DNA of 63,975 nucleotides, filler included, from Collodictyon triciliatum (lineage: Eukaryota), in the NCBI GenBank assembly GCA_043381765.1. It is 4 parts of 4 records of this genome, joined end to end, with 100 filler letters (N's around TTAATTAATTAA, not from the genome) between each part and the next. Parts side by side here need not be neighbours in the genome. Positions count along the whole stretch, not along the records: positions 23,546 to 49,787 come from JBHJMP010001021.1; positions 49,888 to 60,945 come from JBHJMP010001036.1; 2 more parts are not named here. One strand, written 5' to 3'. Each line of letters opens with the position of its first letter. The stretch's first letter is position 1. The position numbers and the translations under genes are program-made. The notes below the pieces were generated by a model. The model was not told the origin of the DNA and made no database searches. It saw nothing but the letters and a program-made list of their open reading frames with translations. Positions 40,201 to 55,098 of this stretch are shown in pieces.

Positions 40201-42632
40201 TGGTCAAAACAGTAGGGTAATCGTAGAAAGTACCGCGTTGACTGGCGGTCATCGGTCACGGAACGTTGAGCATCTTCAAAAGCCACCTTCGAGGATTTTG
40301 GAGAGGTCGCATCCTTGCGAGACTTTGAGAGTATTGGACTAGCAGATGCTGAACGAGATTCATCCTTCTTCTTCTTCTCTTTCTTCTTCTCCTTCTCTTC
40401 TCCTCCCTTGCTCTCCTTCTTTTCCTTTCGATCTCTTCTTTCTTTTCTTTCTTTGGAAGATCGCTCCTTCTTTTTGGAGGGAGACTCATCCGCGGAACTT
40501 TCGGTCTCTTTGGCCGAGGAAGACCTTGGTTTGCTCGACTTTTTATCTTTCTTCCGAGTCTCCGAGCCGCTGGCGTCCGATCCATCCTGTGAGAGGGGCA
40601 GACCGTCAGACTTGCGAGACTTCTCCGTCGCTTTTTTCCGGGACTTTGTTGGGGACTTTGACGGGGACGCTTCTGTAGAGGACGCTTCTTTCCCTTCTCT
40701 GCTCTTCTTCTTTTTTTCCACATCCTTGCCCTTCCTGCTCCCTTTCTCTGGCGAATCCATCGCTGCCCTTGAGATTTAAAAGGCGGGTCAGTGCGATGAC
40801 AGTTCTCTGCTGCACCCTTTGGGGGTGAGAGAGATCTCGTGGAGTTGGTGGAGTTTCTCGGGCAGAGTCCAATCAGAACAGAAAGTGCGCATCAAAGTCG
40901 CCGGATTGGGGGCGGGAAGGGTTTATGTCTGTGGATGCGTGTGCAATGGTCACGGAGCCCGCAGAGGGTTTTCGATGTGCGTGACAGTCTTCAATGCCCT
41001 GACCCAGTGGTCTCTCGCGGCCTGTGTTTGGCACTGGATATCCAGCGTCACTTCATCGTGGAGGACTGTGAATGACAGCGCGTCGATTTCTGTGCCGTGG
41101 AGTCGTGAGATAAGCGCCCCTTCAAAAAGAGACAAGGCGCCTCTTCCATCAAGGTGGTGAAGCCATGATGTGTGATGAGCCCACCTTGGCGGCTGGAAAA
41201 GATAGGATATGCACGATGGCATCACGCAGGCGCGGACAAACCTGCTTGTGTCGACTTTGAAACATTCTGGAAATGGGACGATCCGACTATGATGCCCTTA
41301 ATGTCGTAGACCAGGATACAATGCTTTGGTTTCTCTTTCTTTTCGCTGTCTGCCCAGCACAGGTGCAGGTGGTTGTCTGTGAGCCACACGAATCTTTTCT
41401 TTGGTCTCCCGCTTTTATATTTTATCAGCAATTCGCCTATATTACACAAGGTAACAGCGATTAAAACATGGTGGTGTGGACAAATGATTCACTACAAAAC
41501 AGAAAACAGACCTAATAAGTAGTCAGATTCGCATAATATGAATGTTCAAAGTATAAATCCAATAGATAATAAATAAAAACAAAAAATAAACAAAGAAAAT
41601 TAAAGAAAACATTTTCACCTCATATTTTCAAAAAAAAAATCATGAATAATCACCATCACAAAGCTTCCTTTTAAGTAAAATAACTTCATGCTCAGAGACT
41701 TGCTGTCTTTGAATTTCCTGGTGAAAAGACTGGATTCTCTGCGATAGTAGCTGCTCCCGTGTCTCCAACGCCTTTTCTCTTTCATCAACTTGCATTTCTC
41801 GGCGAGCTACTTCGTAAGGTGCAGGTTTTTGACTTGTGTTGTATGAGAGGACAGCAGATTTTTCTGACCTTACATCTTTTCAAAATTTTGAGGTGAGAAT
41901 TAATTCAGCTTCAGGAATTTGCTGGCTCCTAGATTCTTGCAACTTAAAGGGCAATTTAAAAGTGGTGATGAACGACTACGGAGTGTATTGGATATGTTGC
42001 TCAATAGTCTGAGTATCACCTGAAAAATGTTCAGATATTGTTCCTTGGGGAACAGTACTTTGTTCTCGAATAGCTTTCATCCACATATTAAAATCCTTCA
42101 TGAAAATGGTTCGGAGAAAAAGAGAACGACAGTTGATTAAAATAAAACAAATTAAAGGAATATACAGTGAGAAATTATATGCAAATAAAAAAAAACCTTT
42201 TCGTTCTCCGCTCTGATAAGATAAAGGATATTCTTTTCGGTCGTTATTTCTATCGTATTAGGCAAGGCCGGATTTTTACTGGCACATATAGCAGCCTGGT
42301 TGAGAGGAATGGTTCCTTTGTGGCTTAAATCCTATTTATTTATTTTGCGAAAAATGGTTCAAGACATATTTTGTTAAAAAAAAAAAAGTGTTTTACTACT
42401 GATCTTATACTTAATACGTTATTTAAATACACATGTATTTTCTAGAGTAATCTATTTTTGCAATACAAAAATCCTTACATGCTCGGTTTCAAAGTATTGG
42501 AGTACCCCGGGTCTCAAAACAAACCTATTTTGTTACGTGTGATGTAACACAAAAATTTTTTTTTATTATATGTCACAACTATTGCTTGGTTACAGAAATT
42601 CAACTATAAATATCCTCAATATATCCTCAATA

Positions 42633-42706
<74 letters not shown>

Positions 42707-43608
42707 TTTTCTTGGATTATATGGGAGCTAAATTTCAGTCTAGATATAGCGATATCATGCATCACTAACCATCTACGCTTCCAGTTTTTGACAAAATGGC
42801 CCTCTTTACTCATATACCCCTCCATTATGGGAGGCGGGATGTAGCCAACCTTGTAGCCCGCCCAAATAATAAGTTAAGTATGCGTTAATATTAAATACAA
42901 CAATATTACATACGTTTTTGGGGTCGAGAAACCGCTGTATTTCCTTGCAAGATTGAGCACCATCCGTGTTGAGAACGGAGCGCAAATATAGCTCAAGCAT
43001 ACTTCGCCGGTATTCTACAACTTCAATAGTCGTATCCCTCATGGCAACTTTTGGCGGAAACGTGAGAGATTCGACCTTTATGGAGAATATTTTGGTATGG
43101 AAAATGATTTCAGCCATCAAGCAAGTAGATTTTATGCATTTTGGAGGCATTGAATTGTTCTAGAATAAAAGAAAAACGTCTGCTTACAGTCATTATCATT
43201 TAAGATTTACATAGAAGAATAGTTTAACCATTTTGATGTATGTGAGTTATAAATTATAGGTTTCGCTAGCAAATAGATAGAAAAATAAATAAATGAAAAT
43301 TCAATGTAAAGAAGGAAAAAAGGACGGAAAATGCACATACATCTGGATACACTTTACTGAGTGCATCATGAAGAATTTCAAACTGGGAGTATGAGCGGCA
43401 AATAACATATGCAGATGCTTCAGCAGCCACTTGGATCTCGTATGACTACTTACAAAATTCATATGGGATTAGTATTATTTTAAAAAAGGACTACTTTCCA
43501 GGAAAAAAAAAGGCTTCGTTATCATAAGTCTCATGGTTTGTACCGAAGAAATAAAACATATCAATAATTTAGAAACAAAAAAGAAAAGAAAAGAAAAGAA
43601 AAGAAAAG

Positions 43609-43639
<31 letters not shown>

Positions 43640-43839
43640 TAAGAAAAGGAAGCCAACCCAAGCCAGCCGACCAAGCGCGTCCGTATTTTTTACATACTAA
43701 ATATATATGTATACCGATTAGTAAATCCCAATTATCGGCGCGACCCAAGCACACAACACAAAGTGAAAAGGAAGTCTACCCTGCGGATGCAGACGTTTTC
43801 TGGAGCCACAAGCGGGTTGTAGTCAGGGTCCTGTGCCAT
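37285..43839 (-). CDS. Large multidomain protein: PX - PH - coiled coil - PH - K/S/E-rich - 2x B-box - coiled coil - Cys-containing C-terminus
   Basis: Spliced: RSYSQFEILH..FPPK..EYRRSMLELYL (PX); EGYMSKEGHFVKNWKRRWFVL (PH); GELLIKYKSGRPKKRFVWL..RDHWVRAL (PH); CEGCEKMRATCYCSSC..LCPNCD..H and CAYH..FYCDTCNIPICNQC..H (B-boxes); ends GSSRHFWVGAD*. Confidence 0.8.
39391..39507. repeat. (AAAC)n microsatellite, intronic
   Basis: Directly visible. Confidence 0.95.
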
Positions 43840-44277
43840 CCAGACTTCTCTGCTCAGGTATCTGCGTTGATATCAACTCAGTTTGCTCACCGGCTCAGGA
43901 ACTAATTATTGATCGCGCGGAGCGATCTGGTTATCCTCATCGCTTCTGCGCGTCGTATTTCGGAGATAGAGAGAGAAAGCGGCCCAGTGGGAAGAGAGGG
44001 TTGGCTTGAGCCTCTGTCGAATGCGCATCGGGCCGACTCAATGTCACATTCCTTTCCGTGTTTTATGTTTTCTCTGAATTTTTGACAGGAAGAATACGCC
44101 GGCTTCTGTGTTTGTCACCGCAGGACGAGGAGTAAGAAAAAGACACGGACAGAGAGGGCGAAGAGGAATTGAGCGTTGAGATGCGACAAGAACACGTTGC
44201 GGTCGGGTATCATGTGGACGGGAAGTCTGCTGCTCGATGCAGCATTCTGTCCCAACTATGTTTCTGATGCTGCTGTT

Positions 44278-47200
44278 CTACAGGCGCAACTGCGATATAG
44301 TCTCCGGTCGAAACTCGACTCGTACTTTGAGAACCTTGCGAACTTCTTCGGGTGTAAGTCGCCATGTCAGGAACTCCGATTGGTCTCCCCAGATATCACT
44401 GATAGCAGATACCTATGTGTCGACATGATGGTAAATTGGTTACCATTTTTCCTCCTTTCTTTCTTTTGATATTTTTTGGTCGGGTTTCTGGAGATATCTC
44501 CAGCTATATTCAGGAAATAGATATCGCTTATTTAATTATATGCCCATATATTAACCTTCTCCAGGTTGAGGATGATAACCATTTGATTCAAACGAGTGAA
44601 TTTATCTCGGACCATTCGAACGGACATCCCGCTAAAGTGCCTATTATTATGAACATCGGTACTTTGTTGTATCGACCCCTTTGCCATGACCCAATAAAGT
44701 GTTGAAGTGCATAACAGGATGTTGTGGATTATGAATAAAACAATGAAAATAAGTTGCATCTGCCATTACGATAAAAGAACCCGTATGTCCCTTTCTAAGT
44801 GGAGAGCACCCAACTAGGTTCAATAACACTGATTAGATAATAGTTCAAGTGAAACCAACAAGAATCAAAGGTTATGAAGGGGAGGCGTCTGCCATCCAGA
44901 GTTCCAACCTGGTTGAATTTCTTGGCCAAAATCATTTGCTCCATTCTCAAAGTCACATAAGAAACAAATTGGTCAACCAACTCATCAAAGTTATTAGCTG
45001 TGAGAGAATTCTAGAGCATTTCACAATTCAAGATTCAGTAGGCGAAAAAGTATATGAAAAAAAAAAAACGATGAGATCTCTTTACATTTTCAACTGATTC
45101 AAAAAATTAAGTGAAGAATGTTGAATGGGATTTTCAATCAGTTTTGCATAAAACCGGCTCATCGACACAAATCAAATTAACATTAATGGTTGGATTTACC
45201 TTGTAGGGTTCTAACAATCCTTCACAAAGTGCAACAAATTTTTGACTGAATGGGTCATTGATATCGTAATCTGCAAACTCAGATTCACTGATTTCGTACC
45301 TTTTGACCATGTGTATATATATAAAGGATAAGGTGATTTTTTTTAATAAATATCGAATTTTTCTGTTATATTTCTTTTTAAAATAAAAATAAGAAATAGA
45401 CCACGAAACCTACGATATGTTAAGAAAAGTCTCGAAGGCTGGTTTGGCTTTCAAAGATATTGCCTGGGATGCTTGTTCCAGTGCAGACTATGATATAATT
45501 TCGAATTCGATAGTGAAGTGTTAAAATATAAGATGCAATTTTAAGAAAAAAATAAATGTTTAATAGGATTAGACGGAGATTAAGGTTTACCTTCACTGAC
45601 TTTCTAAATATTTGTATAGTTTCGTTCAGCTCGATAGATGCACTACGAATCGCTTCCTTATCTTCATGTTTTGTGAATTGCTAGGTAAATTTAAATAATC
45701 AATATGGCCGTTTTATTTCATAATACAAATTTGTTGCATTTCTTTCAGCGGCCATGAAAATAATCATCAGCTGATATTATTTAAACATGGTTACACTTTC
45801 TGCACGATCGATATCCCCTTTCAATTTTTTCACAAAATCCGCGCTAATATCCAGATTGTTCAGTATAGTCTATGGAATTCGAGTTCAGTAAAGATTGCAT
45901 ATTGTTTTGTTCTGTTTTGTTTTTATCATACAAGGACATTCCTTTGTCTATGCGATATGAAATTTAAGAGTCGCGCCATTAGGTTATTTCGAAATTTATG
46001 TGTGGACATTCCCAAAGACAAACAAATATGAAATTGATGCTTACGAATGTGGTAATTTTGGGTCCAGTTTCTTGTGACGCTCCACCCATCAATCCCTTCG
46101 ATAAATCAGCAGGTCCGGAAATCTAAATTTTATGCAGACATTGTAACTAAAGTATAACGATAGGTAAGTATGTGCTTTAATAAGGATAAATTTTTTACTC
46201 CAAGAATTTTGTTAAGAGTATTGGGTGTTTCTCTCAGGCGATTCATCAGATACTAAAAGATTAATCAAAGTTAACGATGCTTTTTTTCGGAAAATTAAAT
46301 TTTCAAAATTATAGGTATATATGCATCAGTTAAAAAAAAAAAAAGGAGAAAAATCAACCTCGTGATATTCCATTCGAAGAACGTTGTTCATGTTATTGAT
46401 AATCGTACATACAATTACTTTTGCTGAGGCTCTCAATGCACGGTTCTTATACAATAGAGTAACATTAATTTATTATCACATTGAAGGTTTAAAGTTTTGC
46501 AGCAATGTCTCACTAATATTAGAAGCTCTAGAAAGAAAGAAAAAAAAGAGGAAAAGAGGAAAAGAGGAAAAGAGGAAAAGAGGAAAAGAGGAAAAGAGGA
46601 AAAGAGGAAAAGAGGAAAAGAGGAAAAGGAGAGAAACAACCAGAGAAAAGGAGATTATATATCCACATCATACCAAACATATTTGAAATACGCAGAAAAT
46701 ATCGTCCACAACGCTAGACGTTTGTGTGGATAACCCGACAAAGGGCTCATCGATTTTCATAGCCTTGTTTGGGGGATTAGATGAATCATTCATTCATCTG
46801 AAGGCTATAAACACCAACCACACACTTGGACACTCAAAAAGAAGTCATATCAATTACTTTTTTGCAGCTTTCAGCCATGAAAAAGTGTTCCAACGTAGTG
46901 TACTCAGTCAGAAGCATCATATTGAGGTCATTCAATTTTCTACAGGATTGAAAGGTGAGACAATTTATTTTTTTTTAAAAAAAAAAGTAGGATATTATCA
47001 AAGTAATACGTTTGCCTCTCAACCGGTTCTATTTTTTGAAGTCCATTCAGATGGTCAGTGGAGTCCTTGCTGGCCTTCTCTATTTCCCTCTAAAAGAAAT
47101 ATTGGGTTGCTTTTAGTTGTCCGTGGCTGAAAGTCAAAGCCAGGCATTGCTGATTCCAGTTATTTAATTTTTCAGTAATGATAATAATTTATTATTCAGA

Positions 47201-49547
47201 AACGACGAGTAACCTGAATTTTGGATCTCATGAATTTATCGAAAATGTCACACAGATGCCCAATCTCTACTATCTCGTGCAAAAGAGCATCCAGGTCGCG
47301 TGGATCTTTCATGGGACCTGACAGGTATAATCAGAGTCAGTGACTGTTTTAAACACGCAAAGATTTAAACTTACCTCCACCTGTAGAGTTCATGTATGAG
47401 GAAATGTCCTTGACCTTGCAGTGATTTAAAAATAAATAAATAGTGGAAAGAATAATCATAGATAAATATTAAATTAATCATATAGCAGCATCTGAAGCAT
47501 CACGCACTCGAGAACACAACTTGTCATTAATTATATAAACACTTCCTTGATAGGGCAGGTAATATGATGTCAAAGAAGTGAGTAAATTACTAGTTTTGGC
47601 ATTTTGTAAGCCTCCCTCATTTTCTTCAATATTCGGTCAAACTGTAATACATAGGGTTGAGAGCTGTTCCTAAGATAGCATATTTTCATCTGGATAAAAT
47701 GGTGTGATGGAGTAAGAAAAAGCTGACCTGGTCTTCACATAGCTGATACAAGCTCTTCAAAACATGAACAAGACCCCTTGTGTTGAACTGTTCCAAGATG
47801 ACCTACATTTTTTTGGTATGGGATGTCATAAAGGGTGTGATTGACACATTCAACAAGATAAAGAGCCGATAGAATTTCTAATTTCTGTAGTAACAGTGAA
47901 AGAAGATTATACACACAAAAGGAAATTATTGAAAGAAAGAAAAATTATATATTACTTGTTCATGGTCATCCAATAATCGAATAGTATGTTCAAAGAGTTT
48001 CTTTGTAACGTTAAAGTAAGTTGGGACAGGTTTCTCTGATTTTTTACCTTTTATTATCATTTAATAACTATTATTTTTAAATAAGAAAAAATTGCACATG
48101 AGAACTATCACTGTCAATCAAACAAATCATGGGACTTCATTCGATATTTCGAGTTGGTGGTGTTTACGGACAATTCAGTCAAAAATTGTAAAATATAAGT
48201 CTATATGATGTTTTATTGTACCTGCAGAGATTGTTGTTAGTTCCTCGTTTAATTCACGGGTAATTACTCCTCGAAGATAGCCAGTGTAATGTTTCAATCC
48301 ATCTTCATCCAACCCCAACGGTGCAAATAGCTTGCAAAACCTAACATCACATAATTTGGTTGAGGTTCATTGAGCTTTATATTATGTATGGGGTGAAAAA
48401 TAACCTATAATATTCACTCAATTGACATTGACACTGTGTTAGATAAATATTTTTTCTCTGATGGATGAAACGATATAACCTTAATATTTCTTTTTGGTTA
48501 TCCGACCGAACAGCATCGTCACACTTTTCTCGAACCAATCTCCTCAACTTTTCTGTCTCTTCCTATACAATTATTATTCGGTTAGCAAAATCGGACCACA
48601 GAGCTAGATTTTTTCGACGGGTTACCAAGAGAACATAGCGCGATCTAGAATACCGCCGTTTGTAGTCTAAATCTCGCAAAAGTTTGATTTGCGCTAAAAT
48701 TTAAAACAGATTTTCCTGTCCACCGAAACACTCATTGAGTGGGTAAAATACGATGGAATTTATATCCGTAGTACCTTGAGAATGAGACCTGCACCTTCGT
48801 CAATTATTGCATGATCAAATTGCAAGTAACGATGAGCAAAGCCAGAGGCTGTTTCAAAATCTCCAGAAGCCATCGATAGTTTCAGTCCCGAAATGCAGTC
48901 CTATGGAACCAAATTCAGCACAGTAAATATAGCGCGCACCCGAACACCCCTAACTTCTATTCGAGGATATATGACACTATATATTGGAATATATACAAAT
49001 GTTCAGTCATTTTCACCTTTAAATCGATTGCATCTCCAACTTTCTTGAGGACAGTATTGAGGCGTGACTAAAGTTGAACATTTATGTTCCAGGAAATGGT
49101 AAATAGATTTGATGATACTCTTGGATTAATGCTTCATTCGGAAGGAGATACTAAACGTCTAGGTTTTATTAAATTTGAATATATATATTAATAAATGAAA
49201 TAAAGGTTATGAATACGTGCATACCTGGACTGTATCAAGCTCTCTTACTTTCTTACTAATTGTTTCTGCTGTTTGACAAGTTTGGAGAACTGTACTAGCT
49301 AAATGTGACGCCTCAGTGGAAAGTTCGTCCATACGGATTCTGCATAGTGTTATTAAATGGGAGAATGGGTCGGACTAAGATACGAGATGAGCAAACTGCC
49401 GAGAAACTAAAAAGCTGTTGGCTATTCACGAGTTGTTAATTGAATATTGTCGATGTTGCTTGGATAATAATGATGATTTGGATTAATTTCTTGTGGGTTT
49501 TTGTCTTAATGATAATAATGATAATAATGATAATAATGATAATAATG

Positions 49548-49609
<62 letters not shown>

Positions 49610-49710
49610 TGTGGCTGGATAATCCTATCGAAAATCTTACCTTGACGAAACGAGAACACCCAGGTCTTTCTTCAACTCCTCTTCTCCTCCAAGCAATTTT
49701 TCGAGCTCGA
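44278..49710 (-). CDS. COG4: Conserved oligomeric Golgi complex subunit 4 (5' end lost in gap)
   Basis: Spliced: [86 protein letters not shown]. Confidence 0.93.
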
Positions 49711-49887
49711 CTATGTTTTACATTATCAAAGTGCTATCTTTTACACTATCGAGCAAAGGCACGCCACATTCAAATATATTTGAAGAANNNNNNNNNNNNN
49801 NNNNNNNNNNNNNNNNNNNNNNNNNNNNNNNTTAATTAATTAANNNNNNNNNNNNNNNNNNNNNNNNNNNNNNNNNNNNNNNNNNNN

Positions 49888-50056
49888 TAAAAAAAAGACA
49901 TAAAAAAAGACATAAAAAAAGACATAAAAAAAAGACATAAAAAAAAGACATAAAAAAAAGACATAAAAAAAAGACATAAAAAAAGACATAAAAAAAAGAC
50001 ATAAAAAAAAGACATAAAAAAAAGACATAAAAAAAAGACATAAAAAAAAGACAAAA
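49888..50056. repeat. (GACAT-A7/8)n tandem repeat at a contig edge
   Basis: Directly visible. Confidence 0.9.
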
Positions 50057-50149
50057 AAGGAAAGTGAAAATATCACAGCATTGCCGCAAGCTTAAAGATT
50101 TCACCTAAAGGTTGGATTGGAAGTAAATAAATGGCTATGAGCTGGTTTA

Positions 50150-53100
50150 TCAGGGAATGTTGCGGTTAATTAGCACGTCGTGTGAGGGCTCTGCTATGCT
50201 TGAATCATCATCTGTCTTAACTGCGAACCACACACGACAAACCCGTGACTTTGCCACGATATCTATGACATTATTCTTTGCATGAGCCAATTCCTGTGGA
50301 GAAGAATCTGGTTTCTCCTGGAGTTGTTTTCGATATGCCACGGCGCTATGACAATTAAAATGTTTTCTTCAACTTAAGGGAAGAAAAAAATCTTGGAGAA
50401 AAGTAAAAAGAATCGTAGCAGGAAACATAGATAAAAATAAGGAAGTGGGAAAATATGCTGAAAAGACTGTACTTTTTGAATGGATAAATTCTTGAATCTC
50501 CGTAGACAATCAAAATAGTATTTTTCTATAACATGATATCAAAAAGGCATTCGTCAATATGGAGGTCTCTCAAAAAATGACAGCTTTCTAAATTATAAAA
50601 TAATGAATGGAATTGTGATAAAGAATACAGAAAAGTTTATTATTGGAATGTTTAAGTATCGCATTATACCTGGAGCTTCCTTCTCACAAGTTCGATTTGA
50701 TAGTCTAGTTTATTCAGGATCGTTTGTAGAGATGATATTCCTTCTGGAGTATCGAGTCGGTGTGATTCTGCTTCGAATTGAATATATCAATATCCAAAGC
50801 AAATGCATGAATGAATAGTGATACAATACCGAAATATAAACAACAAAATGAAGTACGAGCAGGTAAAAAAAAAAATGAATATTGACCTCTTTCCCAATTT
50901 TGTATTGTTCTAACTTGCCCCCATATAAAATCATAATCTTCGTTCGATGCTTTGATTAAATTCTCAAAAACCTGTCAAATACGTGGATTACTTGTTGATA
51001 CCACAGCTTTTTTAAAAATATTTCAATATACATGATTCTGCATCAATCATAAACAAATGATTAACAACAGTTTTAATAGATAAAAATATGAAGGATAAGA
51101 GTAGCTATTAATAAAGTGAAATAAAATGGAAATATGAATACGTCATTATTTTTTATTTTTAGAAAAAAGGATAAAATGAATCAATAAATGATGTAATACT
51201 GACTTCGCTCTCCGATTTACTGATCATTTTTCTAGAGTGTTTCGGAGCATATATGCGACAGGTCTGCAACGAATCAATAAAGGCAATTTTTTTGCCAGTT
51301 TTCATCAAAATTTGTGGTAGACTCTCGCTAGTTCCATTTGTATCTCCGAAATCTTTCCCTGAAAATTACCATACAAAATACACAAGCAATTAAATGATGG
51401 AAAGAAGCATGATATTTTTAACATTTTGGAATATATATATATATCAAGTTCTTCTGAGGTAATTTGTACCATTATGCAATTTAAGTTTCACTAAATCCAT
51501 CGCCGCCACTGCATCTTCAGAGCTGCAATGCCCTTGGTCAGATGCCTTATTAAAAAAACAAAAACAATTGGATTAGTTCAAGAATTGTAAATAGATGGTT
51601 CTTTCTTACTGACTTGAATGATTCTATTCAAGAAGGTCTCGCTCAGTCGTCTAATTTTTGAGTTATAAATTTCATCTGGTTAATCAAATGCCAGTAATGG
51701 CAATATTTAGAATTTTAAGCGATACCACGAATAGAATTAGGTTGGTACCTTAGGGCTGGCTTGAAAGGTGGCCCACGAGGATGAGGATAAATCAAAGCAG
51801 TATCTATGACTCTAGGAAATATGATCTAATGCGAAGTAAAAGATTTGTCTGAATATTATTATTAATGATTATTTGATTAAAATAAAGGATGATTGCCCAA
51901 TGCTACAATTTCAAAATCATACACGAAGCCCGACTAAATCATTTTCGAGACCATGCCCAACCTACTCACGTAGTTTGTAAGCAGTATTTAGTTGTTATTT
52001 TTAAATGACATAAAGAATAATTATACTACAGATCAATACTAATGCGCACTGTGCAGATGAATTCAAGAAAAGCTAACCAATATGCTGTTTGGTTTAATAA
52101 TGTCTTTCAACTCCTCTTGAACCTGCTGAAGAGATTTCTTGGCATCCTTCATAATTTCTTCTGTAATCCCGCTATATCTAAATTGTCCAGATAATGAGTA
52201 ATACAATTATAAAACAACAGACAAAAGGCAACATCGCATAAATTAAGTTTATGAATAATATAATTAAATTTACTTTGTCCTGTAGTCTGTTATCGGCATG
52301 GATGGCAAAATAAGAGACTCGTATACAGGCTCACAATTTTGATCCACTATACTCACCCGTACTACCTCATCTCCTGCCCCAGTTTCGCACTATAGCAAGG
52401 GATAAAATAGTTTCTTTTTAGTTTTTCGGGCGCAATTATTTTATTGGTATAGAATAAATGTGTTGTAATCGAATTACCATTTCACAATCAATCGATAATA
52501 GCTCGTATTTATCGCACAATCTCTCAAAGGGAATTTTCATAAATGAAGAGAGTTCGTATCTATTTATCTTTTTTTGGGAGTTGCGAGAAGAGTCATTTGT
52601 GCATTCATGGGATGATTGACCATCAATATTTTCGGCATCTTCAATAATGTCGTCATCGTCAACCACCTCATTCTCAAAATTTGTACGCTTATTTATCAAC
52701 ATGTTAGTTTGGTGTTTTGCCAAGAGTGAATATAAAATACATATATGCCTAACTCTTTTAAATAAGCTTCGGGGTTGTGATCTTGGTATTGGATGGCGAG
52801 AGTAAAGGTAGGAAATGTGTTCCGTAAGATAATGTAATGTAATTAAATAAAACATTTACTTTAGAGTTTACTTTCATGATTGGGGATATCAAGAAAGTCC
52901 CGTCCTCACTCAAGACCGGATAGTTGTTCAAAATCATGTCTTCTTCACTTATAATCAATTCAAATGGATTGCATTTGGATTTTGACTTTTCCCCAGCCTT
53001 TTATTGAGAGAAAGGGAAAGGGAACGTGAGCTCATATTCTTAAGATCTAGTTTTAAATGAAAAGGTGTTGATTTTTTTTTTTTACTTTATGAACTATTTG

Positions 53101-55098
53101 ATTGGCGATACCTTCAAAAGCTTTTTGGGTAGCTGCTCATTTCTTTTCAGTCTTGATGCTGAGCGTTCAAAGATACCGTGAATACCAGGGAATATTTTTT
53201 GTGGGGCCCCCGGTATCTGCAAGGGATACCCGCGGAAAAATTTGGATTGTATGCTACATACCATCGTAGATTAAAGAAAATGTCTTCAAATATATAAAGT
53301 TGTATGCAGATATTGAAATTGTATATATGCACATATTTATAATTCCAAAAAAGAAATGACATCCCATTACTTGGGCATAGTCTGCAATCCAATATTAAAA
53401 ATATCTTGATCTAGAGATGGAATCATCAAGAATACTATCTTTGACATCAGGGCCCGATGCTGTATTATTTTTTTTATTAACCAATTCTCAAGGCACAGGA
53501 AAGCAAAGTAGAAAATAACAATAGCAACAATAAAAAGAACAAACTTTTAAATCCAGCCAATCAGGCAAAGGGTCATCTCCCATGATAGACAAAATGACCT
53601 CTTGAATATCCTATAACAGACGTTAGGCACTTTTTTCTTCCAAAGAGAACGATAATATAATTTAAAAGGTGATATCAAACTTACCCTTGTTTTCAAAAAG
53701 TCTCTCTTAAGTTCGCTCAACCGGAACTCAATAGATGGTTTAACCTTTATATTTCATGTAATCACAGAGTTAAGAAGGGAGCAAATTGAAAATATCAAAT
53801 AAACAAATAAACAAAAAAAAGTGGGTTGATAGAAACACAATTGCCAAGGAAGCGTATATAGTCAAAAGAGAGAGAAGAATAAGAATAAGAACAAGAAGAA
53901 GAAAGAAGAAGAAAGAAGAAAGAAGAAGAAAGAAGAAGAAAGAAGAAGAAAGAAGAAGAAAGAAGAAGAAAGAAGAAGAAAGAAGAAGAAAGAAGAAGAA
54001 AGAAGAAGAAAGAAGAAAGAAGAAAGAAGAAAGAAGAAAGAAGAAAGAAGAAAGAAGAAAGAAGAAAGAAGAAGAAAAAACGGGATACCTTTTTCCCAAG
54101 GATTAAAGAGATCTGTTCGGCAGTTCCCTTTCCAGACATGACCTGTCGTAGTAGTTGATTTCGAGCCTTCTTAGCCTTTCTTCTTTGGCTTTGTGACTCG
54201 AATTTCTCTGTGAAGATCATATTAGTGGCTCTGTTTTATAGCCAAGAAAACAAAATAAAAATGATGCACATCCGTAGTGAGTTATACTTATGAAAATGCA
54301 CGGTCTTTTTTATATGTTTAGGAAAAAGAATTCAGGGTTTAAATGTGTTATATAATATTAATAACCGAGACTTATTCAAAGCAAAGAAAAATATAACGAA
54401 GGATATGATTTTAGAAACCTAAAAGAACTTTAAAAAAAAGAAGAAGGGAACAAACCAGGCTGATTCAGAAGCTTTGACAATACGGAAACAATTTGAGTAG
54501 ACGGTTCCTCCTCCAAATCACTTTCTTTGGGTTCCTGCACTGCTACAGAACCAGCTTTGACCAGGGTATTTGTGATCTCGCCTATGCTTTCACACTGCTC
54601 GATGCTGCCGTGATCCTCAGGCTGCCCGGCAGCTTCGACCTTGGCTTCGGCGTGAGGATCGCTTTTGGCCGGCTGGCTGGGTTTTGATTCTTGCTTGGGC
54701 TTCTTGGAGACGGGGTTTGGGGTCTTTGGTTCGTTTTGTGAGTGGCGGGGTCGCTTGTGGGGTGTTTCGGCATCAGTTGGACGGGGCCGTGCATAAAGCA
54801 GCTTCCTCAGTTTCTTGGGAGGGATGTTGGGCGTAGGAGGCTCCACTTGCACTTCCTTCGACGGCGGTTGCCTTGCTTTCTTTGGTGTCTTTGATATGAG
54901 TGTGATTTGGTGGGGCGACTTTGGTGTGGGGTCTGATTTTCCCTGTTGGGCGTTGAGTAAAAACTCTGCTGCACGCAAAAGCGTTCCGGGCGGAGGCGGG
55001 AGCGTGGTCTTTGACGAGAAGGGATCGATCCTCGGAGCAGACGGGCCCGAGCCTCGCTTGAACGGAGAATCTTTCGGCTTGTTTCGGGCTTTCCCCAT
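50150..55098 (-). CDS. DEDDh RNA exonuclease, REX1/REXO1/REXO5-like
   Basis: Spliced: LSIDCEMCET..RVSIVD..ITDYRTKYSGIT..ILVGHGLENDL..VIDTAL..GHCSSEDAVAAMDLV. Basic low-complexity N-terminal exon from ATG 55098. Confidence 0.9.
53893..54075. repeat. AAG/AAAG purine-rich compound repeat, intronic
   Basis: Directly visible. Confidence 0.9.

Noticed and set aside
49888-50056. Regular repeat array resembling CRISPR
   Set aside because: A simple tandem repeat without spacers, in eukaryotic DNA with no cas genes.
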